Assembly: GCA_963977015.1 (NCBI GenBank)
Contig: CAXBMO010000013.1
Location: 64,001-128,000, forward strand
Length of the DNA: 64,000 bases
Direction of reading: 5' to 3'
Source: an uncultured bacterium
Lineage (GTDB): Bacteria; Verrucomicrobiota; Verrucomicrobiia; Verrucomicrobiales; DEV007
Under the pieces are notes generated by a model. It was given only the letters and a program-made list of their open reading frames with translations. It ran no database searches and was not told the origin of the DNA. Below are positions 28,853 through 38,599 of the stretch, in pieces (positions within the stretch are counted from its first letter, which is position 1; each line of letters begins with the position of its first letter). A program made the translations under genes and the position numbers.

Positions 28853-30016
28853 CTAAATTCCAGAGCAAATATCCCGAATCGCGGTTGCGAGTCCCTGGAT
28901 CTGTTCCGTTGCATGCGCTGAACTCAGGGAGATACGGAGCCGCTCGGTCCCGCGTGGCACGGTAGGGAAACGGATTGCAGGAACCAAAAAACCACGCTCC
29001 TTCAATCGATTGCTGGCCGATAGTGCTGCGTCGGAGTCGCCCAGAATGTGTGGTCGAACCGCGCTTTGCGAAGCGGGAGTATCCGGAAGCAATTGGTTGA
29101 GAGCTTCAATGTTGTTCTGGAGAGCCTCCCTTCTTCGATCCCCTTCATCGCTCCGGATGAGCCGAATTGATTGAGTCGCGGCGCCGGCAACGGCGGGTGG
29201 CGGCGCTGTTGAGTAGATGAAGCTGCGAGCTCGGTTGATGAGCAAATCAACCCAGTCTTCTTTCGCGGCGATGTATCCTCCGGCTACGCCAATCGCTTTA
29301 CTGAGAGTTCCCATGGCAAAATCCACGGATTCATTGACGCCGAGGTGATCCGCCAAACCGCGTCCTTCAGGGCCGATCACGCCAACCGCATGGGCTTCAT
29401 CCAGGAGGAGGAGTGCGCCAAATTGTTGCTTGAGTTGGGCAATTTGAACAAGCGGTGCAAAATCGCCATCCATGCTGAAAACAGACTCGGTCGCAATGAG
29501 GATCCGACTTTGCGGCGAGGCTTTGCCCCGGGCCCAGGTGAGGTGTTTTTCGAGCCGATTCAGGTCGTTGTGGGGAAAAACCCGAATCGTCGCACCGCTG
29601 AGTCTGGCTCCATCGATCAAACACGCGTGGCAAAGCTTGTCGAGAATGACGAAGTCGTCCTTTCCCAGAATGGAAGTGAGTGTGCCGACCGCAGCCGCGT
29701 ATCCGGACGAAAAGGCCAACGCGCGTTCCGTTCGCTTGAAGTCCGCCAGTTCCAGCTCGAGCCCTTCATGGGCGGGATTGGTGCCCGAGATCAATCGGGA
29801 AGCACCAGCGCCAACCCCATGGAGGTCGATCGCGGAATGAAATGCCTGTTTGAGCTCTTCGGATTGCGCCAGTCCGAGGTAATCATTCGAGGCAAATTGA
29901 ACGTAGGTTTGCCCCGCGAGTTGGAGTTCGGCGCCGTTGTTGGTAACGGTTCGAGTTTGCCGAAACAGCTTTTCGGCTCTGATGGAATCCAACTCGTCGG
30001 CGGGCTCGCGCATCAA
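28853..30016 (-). CDS. bioF: 8-amino-7-oxononanoate synthase
   Basis: FASNDYLGL, GAGASRLISG, ESVFSMDGD, DEAHA, GTLSKA, FIYSTA. Confidence 0.9.
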   Translation of the reverse strand: MMREPADELDSIRAEKLFRQTRTVTNNGAELQLAGQTYVQFASNDYLGLAQSEELKQAFHSAIDLHGVGAGASRLISGTNPAHEGLELELADFKRTERALAFSSGYAAAVGTLTSILGKDDFVILDKLCHACLIDGARLSGATIRVFPHNDLNRLEKHLTWARGKASPQSRILIATESVFSMDGDFAPLVQIAQLKQQFGALLLLDEAHAVGVIGPEGRGLADHLGVNESVDFAMGTLSKAIGVAGGYIAAKEDWVDLLINRARSFIYSTAPPPAVAGAATQSIRLIRSDEGDRRREALQNNIEALNQLLPDTPASQSAVRPHILGDSDAALSASNRLKERGFLVPAIRFPTVPRGTERLRISLSSAHATEQIQGLATAIRDICSGI

Positions 30017-30900
30017 ATTTCCTCAACATCCAATGCCCAATGGAGGAGAGCTCGAGAGTCCTCCCAAATATCGGGGACCTGACTTCCCAGGACCACGCAA
30101 ATGACTCGTTGGATTCCCTTTTGTCCGACTGAGACGAGGCATCTGCCTGCTGGAACGGTGTAGCCGGTTTTCATTCCCTGGCAGTAGGGCGTCATTCTCA
30201 AAACCTTGTTCGTATTGTAAATGACCTTTTGTCGGCCGTCTGGAAATGAAAAGACAATTTCCCGCGTCCCGGAAAACCGCCGGATCGTCGAGTTATTGTA
30301 AGCGTGAGTCGCCAGAGTTGCGATATCGTGAGCCGTCGAATATTGCCCAGCGGCGGTCAGACCGTGGGGATTCACGAAGCGCGAGTTGTTCATGCCGAGT
30401 TGCCGGGCCTTGGCGTTCATCTGCTGAACAAAGGCGGCTTCGCTGCCCGATTCATTTCGCGCGAGGCATTTCGCGATATCATTGCTACTGCGCACGATCA
30501 TCGCTTCAAGCAAGTCCCGCTTCCGGTAGCGTTCGCCCGCGCTAATGCCCATTTTGGTGGGTTCCACGTAGGTATCGCTTGCTGATACCGTCACCGTTCG
30601 CTCCAGATTTCCTCCCTCCAGCAGCACCAATGCCGTCAATAACTTCTGGGTGCTGGCCACCGCTCTGCGCTGGTTTCCATTCTTCTCCAAAAGGATTTCG
30701 CCCGTTCGGGGATTGATGACGACATAGGCCTCGGCGTGGACGGAAGGCGGCGCGGTTTTGACAAGAGTCTGTTCAGGTTCCGGGGGTGCCGGAGCGGCTG
30801 GAGTTACCTTGAAAGTCTGACCGTCTCCCGGAGATGAGGTCTCGCAGCTGAGGAGAGGCAGAAAAAGGACGCAGAGGGTGAGTGGAAAAACAGGCTTCAT
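30013..30900 (-). CDS. D-alanyl-D-alanine carboxypeptidase (peptidase S11), probable lipoprotein
   Basis: ASTQK (SxxK), SSN (SxN), NPHGL, KTGY; LLSC lipobox. Confidence 0.9.
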   Translation of the reverse strand: MKPVFPLTLCVLFLPLLSCETSSPGDGQTFKVTPAAPAPPEPEQTLVKTAPPSVHAEAYVVINPRTGEILLEKNGNQRRAVASTQKLLTALVLLEGGNLERTVTVSASDTYVEPTKMGISAGERYRKRDLLEAMIVRSSNDIAKCLARNESGSEAAFVQQMNAKARQLGMNNSRFVNPHGLTAAGQYSTAHDIATLATHAYNNSTIRRFSGTREIVFSFPDGRQKVIYNTNKVLRMTPYCQGMKTGYTVPAGRCLVSVGQKGIQRVICVVLGSQVPDIWEDSRALLHWALDVEEI

Positions 30901-31682
30901 GGAGTCTTTGAGACTTCGTCAGGGCCATCCTTCGGCTTATTTGGCTTAGGATTCAACCTTTCCTCGATACGAACGCTCGGTTCTTCTCCGTAATCGATTG
31001 CCGCGTAGTAATGTCTGCGGGCCAACTCGATTAAAGGTGGTGAGCGATCGAGGTACATCACTGCCAGGTTGTAGTGAGCGCTTCCGTAAGTCGGATCCAG
31101 AAGCAACGCGCGCTGCAATTCGGTCTCCGCGCCAAGAATCCAGCCCAGGTCACGAATCGTCACTCCAAGCAGGTTGTGAATTCTTGGGTCGCCGGGTTCT
31201 TCGTGCAATGCCCGGGAAAGGGCCGATACGGCGAGGTGGGTCTGGCCCTTTTTGCGATAAATCAGGCCCAAGGTCATCCAGTTTTGAGCAATCGCGGGAT
31301 TAATCTGGGTCGCCTTCGTCAGAAGCTTCTCCGCTTCGGCCACATTTCCGAGCCGGTATTCAACCGTGCCCAGATTGCTGAGCGCGAGAGCATTGTCCGG
31401 AGCCAATTTCAGCATGTCGGTGTAGGCTTTCTTGGCTGTTGGCCAGTCCAGGTCAGCTGAAGCAAGTGCTCCGGCTTTCGCGAGCTCTTCCGTGCCCTTG
31501 GGAAGTTTCCCCGATTCTTTCGGATTCAACCCGACCTGGAGGCCGGTCGGGTTCGTCGTAGGCTTTGCCAAAATCTCCTCCTCACCGGTTCTGGTTTCGG
31601 TGGCAGCCTCTTGAGCGTGAGAGACTTCGTTCAAGAGGAGGGTGAGGAGTAGGGCAGGGAGAAAACGGTGGAGAGAAAACAT
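30897..31682 (-). CDS. Exported TPR repeat protein
   Basis: Signal peptide; ALSNLGTV, WMTLGLIY, HNLLGV, AHYNLA repeats; start placed at MFSL. Confidence 0.85.
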   Translation of the reverse strand: MFSLHRFLPALLLTLLLNEVSHAQEAATETRTGEEEILAKPTTNPTGLQVGLNPKESGKLPKGTEELAKAGALASADLDWPTAKKAYTDMLKLAPDNALALSNLGTVEYRLGNVAEAEKLLTKATQINPAIAQNWMTLGLIYRKKGQTHLAVSALSRALHEEPGDPRIHNLLGVTIRDLGWILGAETELQRALLLDPTYGSAHYNLAVMYLDRSPPLIELARRHYYAAIDYGEEPSVRIEERLNPKPNKPKDGPDEVSKTP

Positions 31683-31744
31683 AGCTAACAAAAGACCTTG
31701 GCTAAATATTCTGATTTTGAGTTGCAATAGTTAGGATATTTCAT

Positions 31745-31762
31745 AGTGTTCGCAGGAACACT
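31745..31762. promoter_or_regulatory. LexA operator (SOS box), autoregulatory site of lexA
   Basis: Palindrome AGTGTTC-GCAG-GAACACT 11 nt upstream of the lexA ATG; matches the TGTTC-N4-GAACA motif described for Verrucomicrobia LexA. Confidence 0.88.
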
Positions 31763-31773
31763 CCTTCTTCATT

Positions 31774-32397
31774 ATGCTCACAGACCGCCAGCAACAACTC
31801 TTGGATTTCTTGCATCAGTACTATCTTGAGACTGGCATAATGCCTTCGACGCGGGAAATTCAAAACCATTTTGGTTTCTCTAGTCAAACTGCGGCGGTGA
31901 GCCATTTAAAGGCGCTTGAAAAAAAGGGTGTCATTCAAAGGCTTCCCGGAAAAGCCAGAGCAGTTATTTTCTCTGATCAGTTTGCTCCTGCGGCCAAAGA
32001 GTCGAACTCGATCGAGATCCCGTTGTATGGCCACATTGCAGCAGGAATGGCAGAAGAAGCATCGCAGGAGCCGGATGAGACGATTTCCGTGGACCCAACC
32101 TCCATGGGATTGTCTCGCAATGCAAAAGTCTTTGCCTTGAAGGTTCGGGGAGACTCGATGATCGATGCACACATCACCGAAGGCGATCTCGTGATTCTCG
32201 AACACAAGGAACCTCGTAATCGCGATGTTGTGGCGGCTCTGATTGATGGAGAAACCACTCTGAAACGCTTTATCGTGGAAGGAAGTCGGCCGTTCCTGAG
32301 AGCCGAGAATGAAATGTTTCCGGATCTCATTCCCGCTCAAGAGTTGATCATTCAAGGAGTGATGGTTGGACTCATGAGGACTGGTGGTTGGAATTGA
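31774..32397 (+). CDS. lexA: SOS repressor LexA
   Basis: LTDRQ, PSTREI, HLKALEKKG, IAAG cleavage site, VRGDSM, TLKR. Confidence 0.97.
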   Translation: MLTDRQQQLLDFLHQYYLETGIMPSTREIQNHFGFSSQTAAVSHLKALEKKGVIQRLPGKARAVIFSDQFAPAAKESNSIEIPLYGHIAAGMAEEASQEPDETISVDPTSMGLSRNAKVFALKVRGDSMIDAHITEGDLVILEHKEPRNRDVVAALIDGETTLKRFIVEGSRPFLRAENEMFPDLIPAQELIIQGVMVGLMRTGGWN

Positions 32398-32637
32398 GGC
32401 AGGTGTCAGGTTCCAAGGGCGTTGGAAACTGATGTTAGAAGCGCAAGCTGCTCTTGGGTTTTAGGACCGGCTTCGCGTAATGCTTGAGATGCGGCCCTTT
32501 TGCCGTTGGGCAATGTTTTTTTAGAGCTTTGTGAGGATACGCATTGCTGCCCCGAGCCATCATTCTCAGTCGACAAAATCACTCGCAGCGCGTCTCGGCC
32601 TCGGTTTCAAACGCTCCCCGGCAACGGTTGGGCCCTG

Positions 32638-34563
32638 CTAGGATGCTGTTCCGCTGTCTTCCTCGTGGAGGTATTCCTTCGGTTTGTAGAATCGAAGCAC
32701 GGGCAGGTAGGCAAACGCTGTTACCAACATGAAGATGGCAAAAAACCAGAAGTATGGCGCTCCTTCCAGCAGTGTGAGTCCACCCACGAATGGGCTCCTG
32801 CTCACGGTTGGTGTTGGCTCATCACTTTTTGTGTCGACTGAATTGGCGAGTCCAAGTTCTTGTTTGCGCCGGTCAATCCAGGAAACGTCGGGACGGAACG
32901 CGGATTCGATTCCTCCCAGCCAGCCGCCCTCCTTGGGCGGATCGGGAATGCTGATCTCGAGCCGGATGCCCTGATCCCACTCGGTCTTGTGCTTTTTGTC
33001 GGGACCGGAAGAGGTCACCCGGCTTTGAGCGCGGGTCACCATCGCGTAGAGCAAGGGTTCGCCCCAGGGGTCCTTCAATCCTTCCAGCAACGCCTGTCCT
33101 TGTTCCGGCGAAAGGCTTAGCCAATCATTGTTCGGGATCTCGGCTTCGAGGCGTGCGGCTGCTTCATCGAGGACTTCGCGGCTCGCAAATTGGATGTCCT
33201 GACGAACGGCTGCTTCGTAGATGGCCGTGAGGTCGTCTTCGGTTCCTTTTTCCTTGTCGAGGCCGTCCAAAACGATCGTGACCGGTTCCGTTTTCGTGAA
33301 ATTGTCCGGGTCCGCCTCAAATCGGGTGTCAGCGACTTTGATTGGATTGGGCACCTGGATCAGGTGATTGACCGCCTCGGTAATAAAGTTCCCCAGCGAA
33401 ACGGAAAGAAAGAAGATCCCCATGATGAACGATTTCATCGCTCTTGGAGCCTGGGTGTAGCTGAATTCCAGCGCGACGATCGAGACCATTACTTCTCCCG
33501 CAGTCAGGAGAACAAAGGCGAGTAGCTGCCAGCCGACAGATGGTCTGGCCCCCGCATCAACCGCTTCTTGAACCAGTGCGATAACGACAAAGGACAGCGC
33601 AGTGATAAAGAGGCCGATCGCGATTTTGCGAAGTGGCGTCAGGGGGAAATAGTTGTCGATCCACGGGTAAAGTACAAAGGTGAAAAGTGGGATAAACGTC
33701 AGGACCAGGATCGGGTTGATGGCTTGAACCTGGGAGGGTAACCATTTGATTCCGAATTGGAGATTCAAATCCTGTGCTTGCAGGACCCAGGAGGAGCTGT
33801 GCTGATCAAACAGCATCCAGAACATCGTTACAAAGAGGTAGATCACCACCAACTTGCCGATCGCAGCTTTTCCTTCCGGTCCCCAGATTTCGCGCAGCGC
33901 GTCCATCCCCCGGGGAGGAATGTGGATGAACTTCCAGCGCCCGATCCAGAAGACGAGTGTCGCCAATGCCATCAAGATGCCAGGAACTCCAAAGGCCCAA
34001 TGCGGTCCGTGCCACTTCAGGAGCCACGGCGTCAACATGGAAGAAAGGAAGGCGCCAAAATTGATCGACCAATAGAAGTAATTGAATACCTTGGTCAGAA
34101 GATGGCTGTTCGATTGGCCGAATTGATCACCGACATGGGCGGAGACGCAGGGTTTGATGCCACCTGCGCCAACCGTGATCAGCCACAAACCCGTCATCAA
34201 GAGCAGCTCGACTTCCCCAAATTGCCCCATCATGGCCAATGCTAGGTGCCCGAGACAGTAGACGATCGAGAGCCAGATGATGGTGTAGTACTTGCCAAGC
34301 AGCACATCTGCCAAAAGCGCACCCAAAATTGGCGTCAAATAGACCAGGCCGGCAAAGTGATGGAACTTGGCGTTGGCCTCCGGTCCCGTCATCGGTTCTC
34401 CCGGGCGGTCACCCATCAAATGCAGGTAGCCGACCATGAAAACAACGAGGATATTCCGCATCCCGTAGTAACTGAAGCGCTCGGCGGCTTCGTTCCCGAC
34501 GATGTAGGGGATGCCGGGTGGCATCGTTGTGCGGGGTTCGGGAGCGGTACGGTAAGTCGCCAT
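32638..34563 (-). CDS. POT/PTR family proton-dependent oligopeptide transporter with a large inserted loop domain
   Basis: NEAAERFSYYG, GGIKP, FYWSINFG, QAINP, EFSYTQAP..MKS; about 200 hydrophilic residues before the last helix. Confidence 0.92.
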   Translation of the reverse strand: MATYRTAPEPRTTMPPGIPYIVGNEAAERFSYYGMRNILVVFMVGYLHLMGDRPGEPMTGPEANAKFHHFAGLVYLTPILGALLADVLLGKYYTIIWLSIVYCLGHLALAMMGQFGEVELLLMTGLWLITVGAGGIKPCVSAHVGDQFGQSNSHLLTKVFNYFYWSINFGAFLSSMLTPWLLKWHGPHWAFGVPGILMALATLVFWIGRWKFIHIPPRGMDALREIWGPEGKAAIGKLVVIYLFVTMFWMLFDQHSSSWVLQAQDLNLQFGIKWLPSQVQAINPILVLTFIPLFTFVLYPWIDNYFPLTPLRKIAIGLFITALSFVVIALVQEAVDAGARPSVGWQLLAFVLLTAGEVMVSIVALEFSYTQAPRAMKSFIMGIFFLSVSLGNFITEAVNHLIQVPNPIKVADTRFEADPDNFTKTEPVTIVLDGLDKEKGTEDDLTAIYEAAVRQDIQFASREVLDEAAARLEAEIPNNDWLSLSPEQGQALLEGLKDPWGEPLLYAMVTRAQSRVTSSGPDKKHKTEWDQGIRLEISIPDPPKEGGWLGGIESAFRPDVSWIDRRKQELGLANSVDTKSDEPTPTVSRSPFVGGLTLLEGAPYFWFFAIFMLVTAFAYLPVLRFYKPKEYLHEEDSGTAS

Positions 34564-34648
34564 GGGAGGATGTTGTTAGCGTTTTCGAGCGGGAAGGGCA
34601 AGTGCTGGATGGCTTGCAAATTGGTTCGGGCTCGCTCAGATTCCGCCG

Positions 34649-35053
34649 ATGGCTTTTTCCGCGACCAGAGTTCTCTTCGTTTTTGTCGGCCTGTTTGGTT
34701 TCGTGGCGGCGTTTTCGGCGGTGGACAGCCTTCGGCGTGAGACTTTGGAGGTGGTTTCGGAGCCGACATCGCTCGGTGATGAGCATTTTTTCCCCAATGA
34801 ATCGGATTTCGCGCTTTGGGATCCTGTTTTGACTCTGAATGCAAAGCCACTTTACCGGGCGAACAGCGGGCTTCCGGAGAAACGTGATTGGCTCATGGTT
34901 CCCGATCAATTCGACGATTCGGGCGAGTGGTTGCTCTATCTTGAAACGCTTCCGCGGGGGAGTTCGCGCGAATTGGATCCGGAGTTGCGCTATTTGAAGG
35001 TTGGGAAAGATCAATACCTTCGGCTAACGAAAAAAGCTCCCCCAGAGGCCTGA
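34649..35053 (+). CDS. Exported hypothetical protein
   Basis: Signal-peptide-like N-terminus; fills the gap before purH. Confidence 0.6.
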   Translation: MAFSATRVLFVFVGLFGFVAAFSAVDSLRRETLEVVSEPTSLGDEHFFPNESDFALWDPVLTLNAKPLYRANSGLPEKRDWLMVPDQFDDSGEWLLYLETLPRGSSRELDPELRYLKVGKDQYLRLTKKAPPEA

Positions 35054-35128
35054 GATTTGCGCTTGAACCGATGAATTTCCCGGTCAAGGCTTCGCTTCCG
35101 CGTCCCAACCACGTCGCGGCCTTTCCTT

Positions 35129-36667
35129 ATGAGCATCCAACGCGCTCTCATCTCCGTATCTGACAAGACCGGCCTCGATTCACTGGCGCAAGCGCTCCAT
35201 GAACAGGATGTTGAAATCTTGTCGACCGGAGGGACCGCCAAATTCATTCGCGATCTGGACATTCCCGTTACGGATGTCTCGGATTACACAGGGTTTCCCG
35301 AACTTTTTGAAGGGCGCGTCAAAACGCTCCATCCCAAGGTTCATGGCGGTTTGCTTTACCTGAGAAACTCCGAGTTGCATCAGGAGCAGGCGAAAGAGAA
35401 CGACATTCAGCCGATCGACCTAGTCGTGGTCAATCTGTATCCGTTCGAGGAAACGATCTCCAAACCAGATATCGAGCTGAAAGACGCGATCGAGCAGATC
35501 GATATCGGGGGACCTTCCATGTTACGATCGGCGGCGAAGAATTATCAGGCTGTCACGGTGGTTTGCGAACCGGTCGACTACGACCGGGTTGTTGGCGAAA
35601 TGTTGGCGAACGAGGGCAAAACGACCCTCAAAACGCGGGAGTATCTTGCGGTGAAAGTGTTCCAGAAGACGGCGGGCTACGATGACGCCATCGCGCGATA
35701 CCTGAACAAAAATCAAGAAACCCGAAGTTCCTTCAGCGTAAGTCTGCCGTTGGAACAAAAGCTTCGTTATGGTGATAATCCGCACCAGGAAGCGTGGCTC
35801 TACGGCCATTTTGGCAATTATTTTGAGCAGTTTCATGGAAAAGGGCTGAGCTACACCAACATTCTCGACATCGCGTCCGCAGCGGAGCTGATTTGCGAAT
35901 TCCGGCGCCCGACGGTCGCGATTCTGAAGCATACCAATCCTTGTGGTGTTGGCGCTGATGCTGAGGACCTTCGAGCAGCCTGGGAAAAAGCCTATGAGAC
36001 CGACCGGCAGGCGCCGTTTGGCGGCGTGATCATCTGCAATCGTCCGATGCCCGCGAGCTTGGCCCGAGTCATCAGCGAGATTTTCACGGATGTCATCATC
36101 GCACCTGAATTCGAAATCGAAGCGAGAGCGATCCTTCAGAAGAAGAAGAATCTGCGGCTGATTCGGATGGCTGACGGCGTGAAGGACGTATTTTCTGAGC
36201 CCATCATCCGCTCGACAGTTGGTGGATTAATGGTCGTTGACAGTGATCCGGTTGCTTTGGGAACCGAGGACATGGAGGAGAACGTCGTGACCGAGCGGCC
36301 TCCCACAAGCGAGGAGATTGAGGCGATGCGTTTTACGTGGCGAGTCGTCAAGCATGTGAAGTCGAACGCGATCGTTTTCGGAACCAGTGACCGGACGCTT
36401 GGGATTGGTGCGGGACAGATGTCCCGGGTGGATTCCGTTCGGATTGCGATTTGGAAGGCTCGCGAGGCGGGGTTGGATTTGGAAGGAAGCGTTGTCGCCA
36501 GTGATGCAATGTTCCCGTTTGCCGATGGCCTGATTTCAGCGGCGGAAGCCGGAGCGACTGCGGCGATTCAGCCGGGAGGTTCGGTCCGCGACGAGGAAGT
36601 GATCAAGGCCGCGAACGAACGCGACATGGCGATGGTCTTCAGCCGTCATCGTCACTTCCTTCATTGA
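35129..36667 (+). CDS. purH: Bifunctional AICAR transformylase / IMP cyclohydrolase
   Basis: RALISVSDK, GRVKTLHP, IDIGGP, KHTNPCG, GAGQMSRVDS, IQPGGS. Confidence 0.98.
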   Translation: MSIQRALISVSDKTGLDSLAQALHEQDVEILSTGGTAKFIRDLDIPVTDVSDYTGFPELFEGRVKTLHPKVHGGLLYLRNSELHQEQAKENDIQPIDLVVVNLYPFEETISKPDIELKDAIEQIDIGGPSMLRSAAKNYQAVTVVCEPVDYDRVVGEMLANEGKTTLKTREYLAVKVFQKTAGYDDAIARYLNKNQETRSSFSVSLPLEQKLRYGDNPHQEAWLYGHFGNYFEQFHGKGLSYTNILDIASAAELICEFRRPTVAILKHTNPCGVGADAEDLRAAWEKAYETDRQAPFGGVIICNRPMPASLARVISEIFTDVIIAPEFEIEARAILQKKKNLRLIRMADGVKDVFSEPIIRSTVGGLMVVDSDPVALGTEDMEENVVTERPPTSEEIEAMRFTWRVVKHVKSNAIVFGTSDRTLGIGAGQMSRVDSVRIAIWKAREAGLDLEGSVVASDAMFPFADGLISAAEAGATAAIQPGGSVRDEEVIKAANERDMAMVFSRHRHFLH

Positions 36668-36813
36668 TCCTGAGAGGTTCGGTTTGCCATCCGTTCCAAG
36701 GATCGGACCGCGCAAAGTTCATCGAAGTTAGACAAGGTTTCGTCTGGCCGACGATTTACCTCTGAACACGAGCGAAGTCGTCGCTCGCATCTCTAACTCT
36801 AAGACACATATCG

Positions 36814-37794
36814 ATGAAAGTTTGTAAGACCCGCTCAACGGCGCTGCTCGGTGCAATCACCCTGTTCGCTTCCTCCGCCCTTGGGTTTTCTCAGGAAGCT
36901 AAAGAAGAAGTTCTGGATTCCATCCGCTATTTCGAGCGCCCCGATGGCCATTCCGAACTTCAAACCGCGATTGTGAGTTTCCAACATCCCGAAGGTGCGG
37001 TTGTCGATCTGGTTGGTGCCGTCCATATTGGAGATGAATCCTATTTTCGGCAGATCAACCAGTTGCTCTCGACCTACGATGTTGTGCTCTATGAGTTGGT
37101 TGGTGGCCCCATGGAAGATCGTGGGAAGGCTCAGCGCGATGAACTTGGCCTAACCCATCTTATGCAGCGGGTAACGCAAAATATATTGGGTCTGAAATAC
37201 CAATTGGAAGGAATTGATTACAGCCAGCCGAACTTTGTTCATGCGGATGCGACTTGGGATCAATGGGATTCGCTGATGAAGTCTCGAGATCAGAATATGG
37301 CGACTCTCTTTCGCCGTGCGATGGAGTTGGAGGGCGATCCTGCGATGAAGGAGAAAGTAGAGCAGATGGGGAGCGAAGAAATGATGGCGGAACTGGGAAA
37401 GGCGATCACGGAATTCAATCCTGACAAGCTCAAGAAAAACCTGGCCCCGCTTTTGGCAAACAGTGAAACGTTTATCGATATGATCGAGGGTGATGACGGG
37501 ACGGTTCTGATTAGCGAGCGTAATAAGATTGTGATGAAGGCGATTGAAGAACAAGTCGCCATGGGTCAGAAAAAGGTCGCGGTCTTCTACGGTGCCGGGC
37601 ACATGCCGGATTTTGAGAAGCGTCTTACGGCATTAGGTTATACCCAGGGTGATACCCAGTGGATTCAAGCGTGGGACATCGGCGACGGAACAACGCCACT
37701 CAACGGCTTGGATATCGTCGAGAATTTGCTCAAAGACGACTACGTCGTTGAGAGCGTGATGGGCTTTCTGCGGGGCCTGGTTCCTCAGGAATAA
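36814..37794 (+). CDS. Exported TraB/GumN-like protein
   Basis: Signal peptide; LVGAVHIG, VLYE, ERN, FYGAGHM. Confidence 0.65.
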   Translation: MKVCKTRSTALLGAITLFASSALGFSQEAKEEVLDSIRYFERPDGHSELQTAIVSFQHPEGAVVDLVGAVHIGDESYFRQINQLLSTYDVVLYELVGGPMEDRGKAQRDELGLTHLMQRVTQNILGLKYQLEGIDYSQPNFVHADATWDQWDSLMKSRDQNMATLFRRAMELEGDPAMKEKVEQMGSEEMMAELGKAITEFNPDKLKKNLAPLLANSETFIDMIEGDDGTVLISERNKIVMKAIEEQVAMGQKKVAVFYGAGHMPDFEKRLTALGYTQGDTQWIQAWDIGDGTTPLNGLDIVENLLKDDYVVESVMGFLRGLVPQE

Positions 37795-37820
37795 ACAGAT
37801 CCAGTCTTCTTCATAGTGCC

Positions 37821-37856
37821 AAGCCGCGGAACCTTGATTGGTTTCGCGGCTTTTTT
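37821..37856 (+). terminator. Intrinsic terminator
   Basis: AAGCCGCGGAACC-TTGATT-GGTTTCGCGGCTT followed by T run. Confidence 0.85.
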
Positions 37857-37930
37857 GTTCAGGGCTTTGTCAGGTTACTGAGGCGCTCATTTGCTTGACC
37901 GGGGAAGGATGCAGGCTTTGATACTTTGGA

Positions 37931-38539
37931 ATGACGAACGGCAAATTTGGCATGGTTTCAGTGTTGGTGGCGGGAAGCTTTGGCTTGGCGATAATGGCGA
38001 TGACTTCGTGCTCTGGGGAAAGTGAACTCGCCAGAATTGAGAAGTTGGCGGCACGCAAACCCAAGTCTTTTCTTCATCATCTGCTCCTCAATGTTGAACC
38101 CGAATACTTCTATTGGGCAAAAACAGGAAGAGGCCTCAATGCGCTTTGGGGAGAGATCATTTTCGAGGCGGATCGAATCGAGGTCGACGGAAACAGGATC
38201 AGCATTGGCGCCAACTTCATCGGGTATTCGCTCAGTTCGCTGGATTTTGAACGGCAGGGGGAGCACTATCGCCAGATTCTGAAGGACAAGGATGACGAAG
38301 GCTCGCTGGTATTTAAAGAGTCCCTGATCGTTCACAAGACGACGGACGAATACGTTTACATCAATGTTGCTGACCATTTTTTCAATGGCCGGGTTGCCGA
38401 GCAGTTGCTGCTGAAGATTCCCAAAAACGCGGAAGCCAAGTCGGAAATATTTCGCGACCGAATGAACAACTCCGCATTCCGGGAACTCAAGAAAGCCTCG
38501 CGGCAAGCCCTGCTTGACTACATTGCCAGCAAGACCTGA
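37931..38539 (+). CDS. Hypothetical lipoprotein
   Basis: Hydrophobic N-terminus ending MTSC; 202 aa. Confidence 0.6.
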   Translation: MTNGKFGMVSVLVAGSFGLAIMAMTSCSGESELARIEKLAARKPKSFLHHLLLNVEPEYFYWAKTGRGLNALWGEIIFEADRIEVDGNRISIGANFIGYSLSSLDFERQGEHYRQILKDKDDEGSLVFKESLIVHKTTDEYVYINVADHFFNGRVAEQLLLKIPKNAEAKSEIFRDRMNNSAFRELKKASRQALLDYIASKT

Positions 38540-38599
38540 CCCCGTTGGGAAAATGCCATTCGCAGCTTGCGGGATCTTCCCGCCCGTCAAGATTGAGGA

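Noticed and set aside
28853-30016. AOS-family enzyme near the PKS as a serine palmitoyltransferase or PKS release enzyme
   Set aside because: GASRLISG and FIYSTA motifs fit BioF, and it sits in a housekeeping run with scpB and pheA.
32398-32637. 240-bp gap after lexA as a possible ncRNA
   Set aside because: Only a weak hairpin near 32406-32432; no recognisable RNA family.
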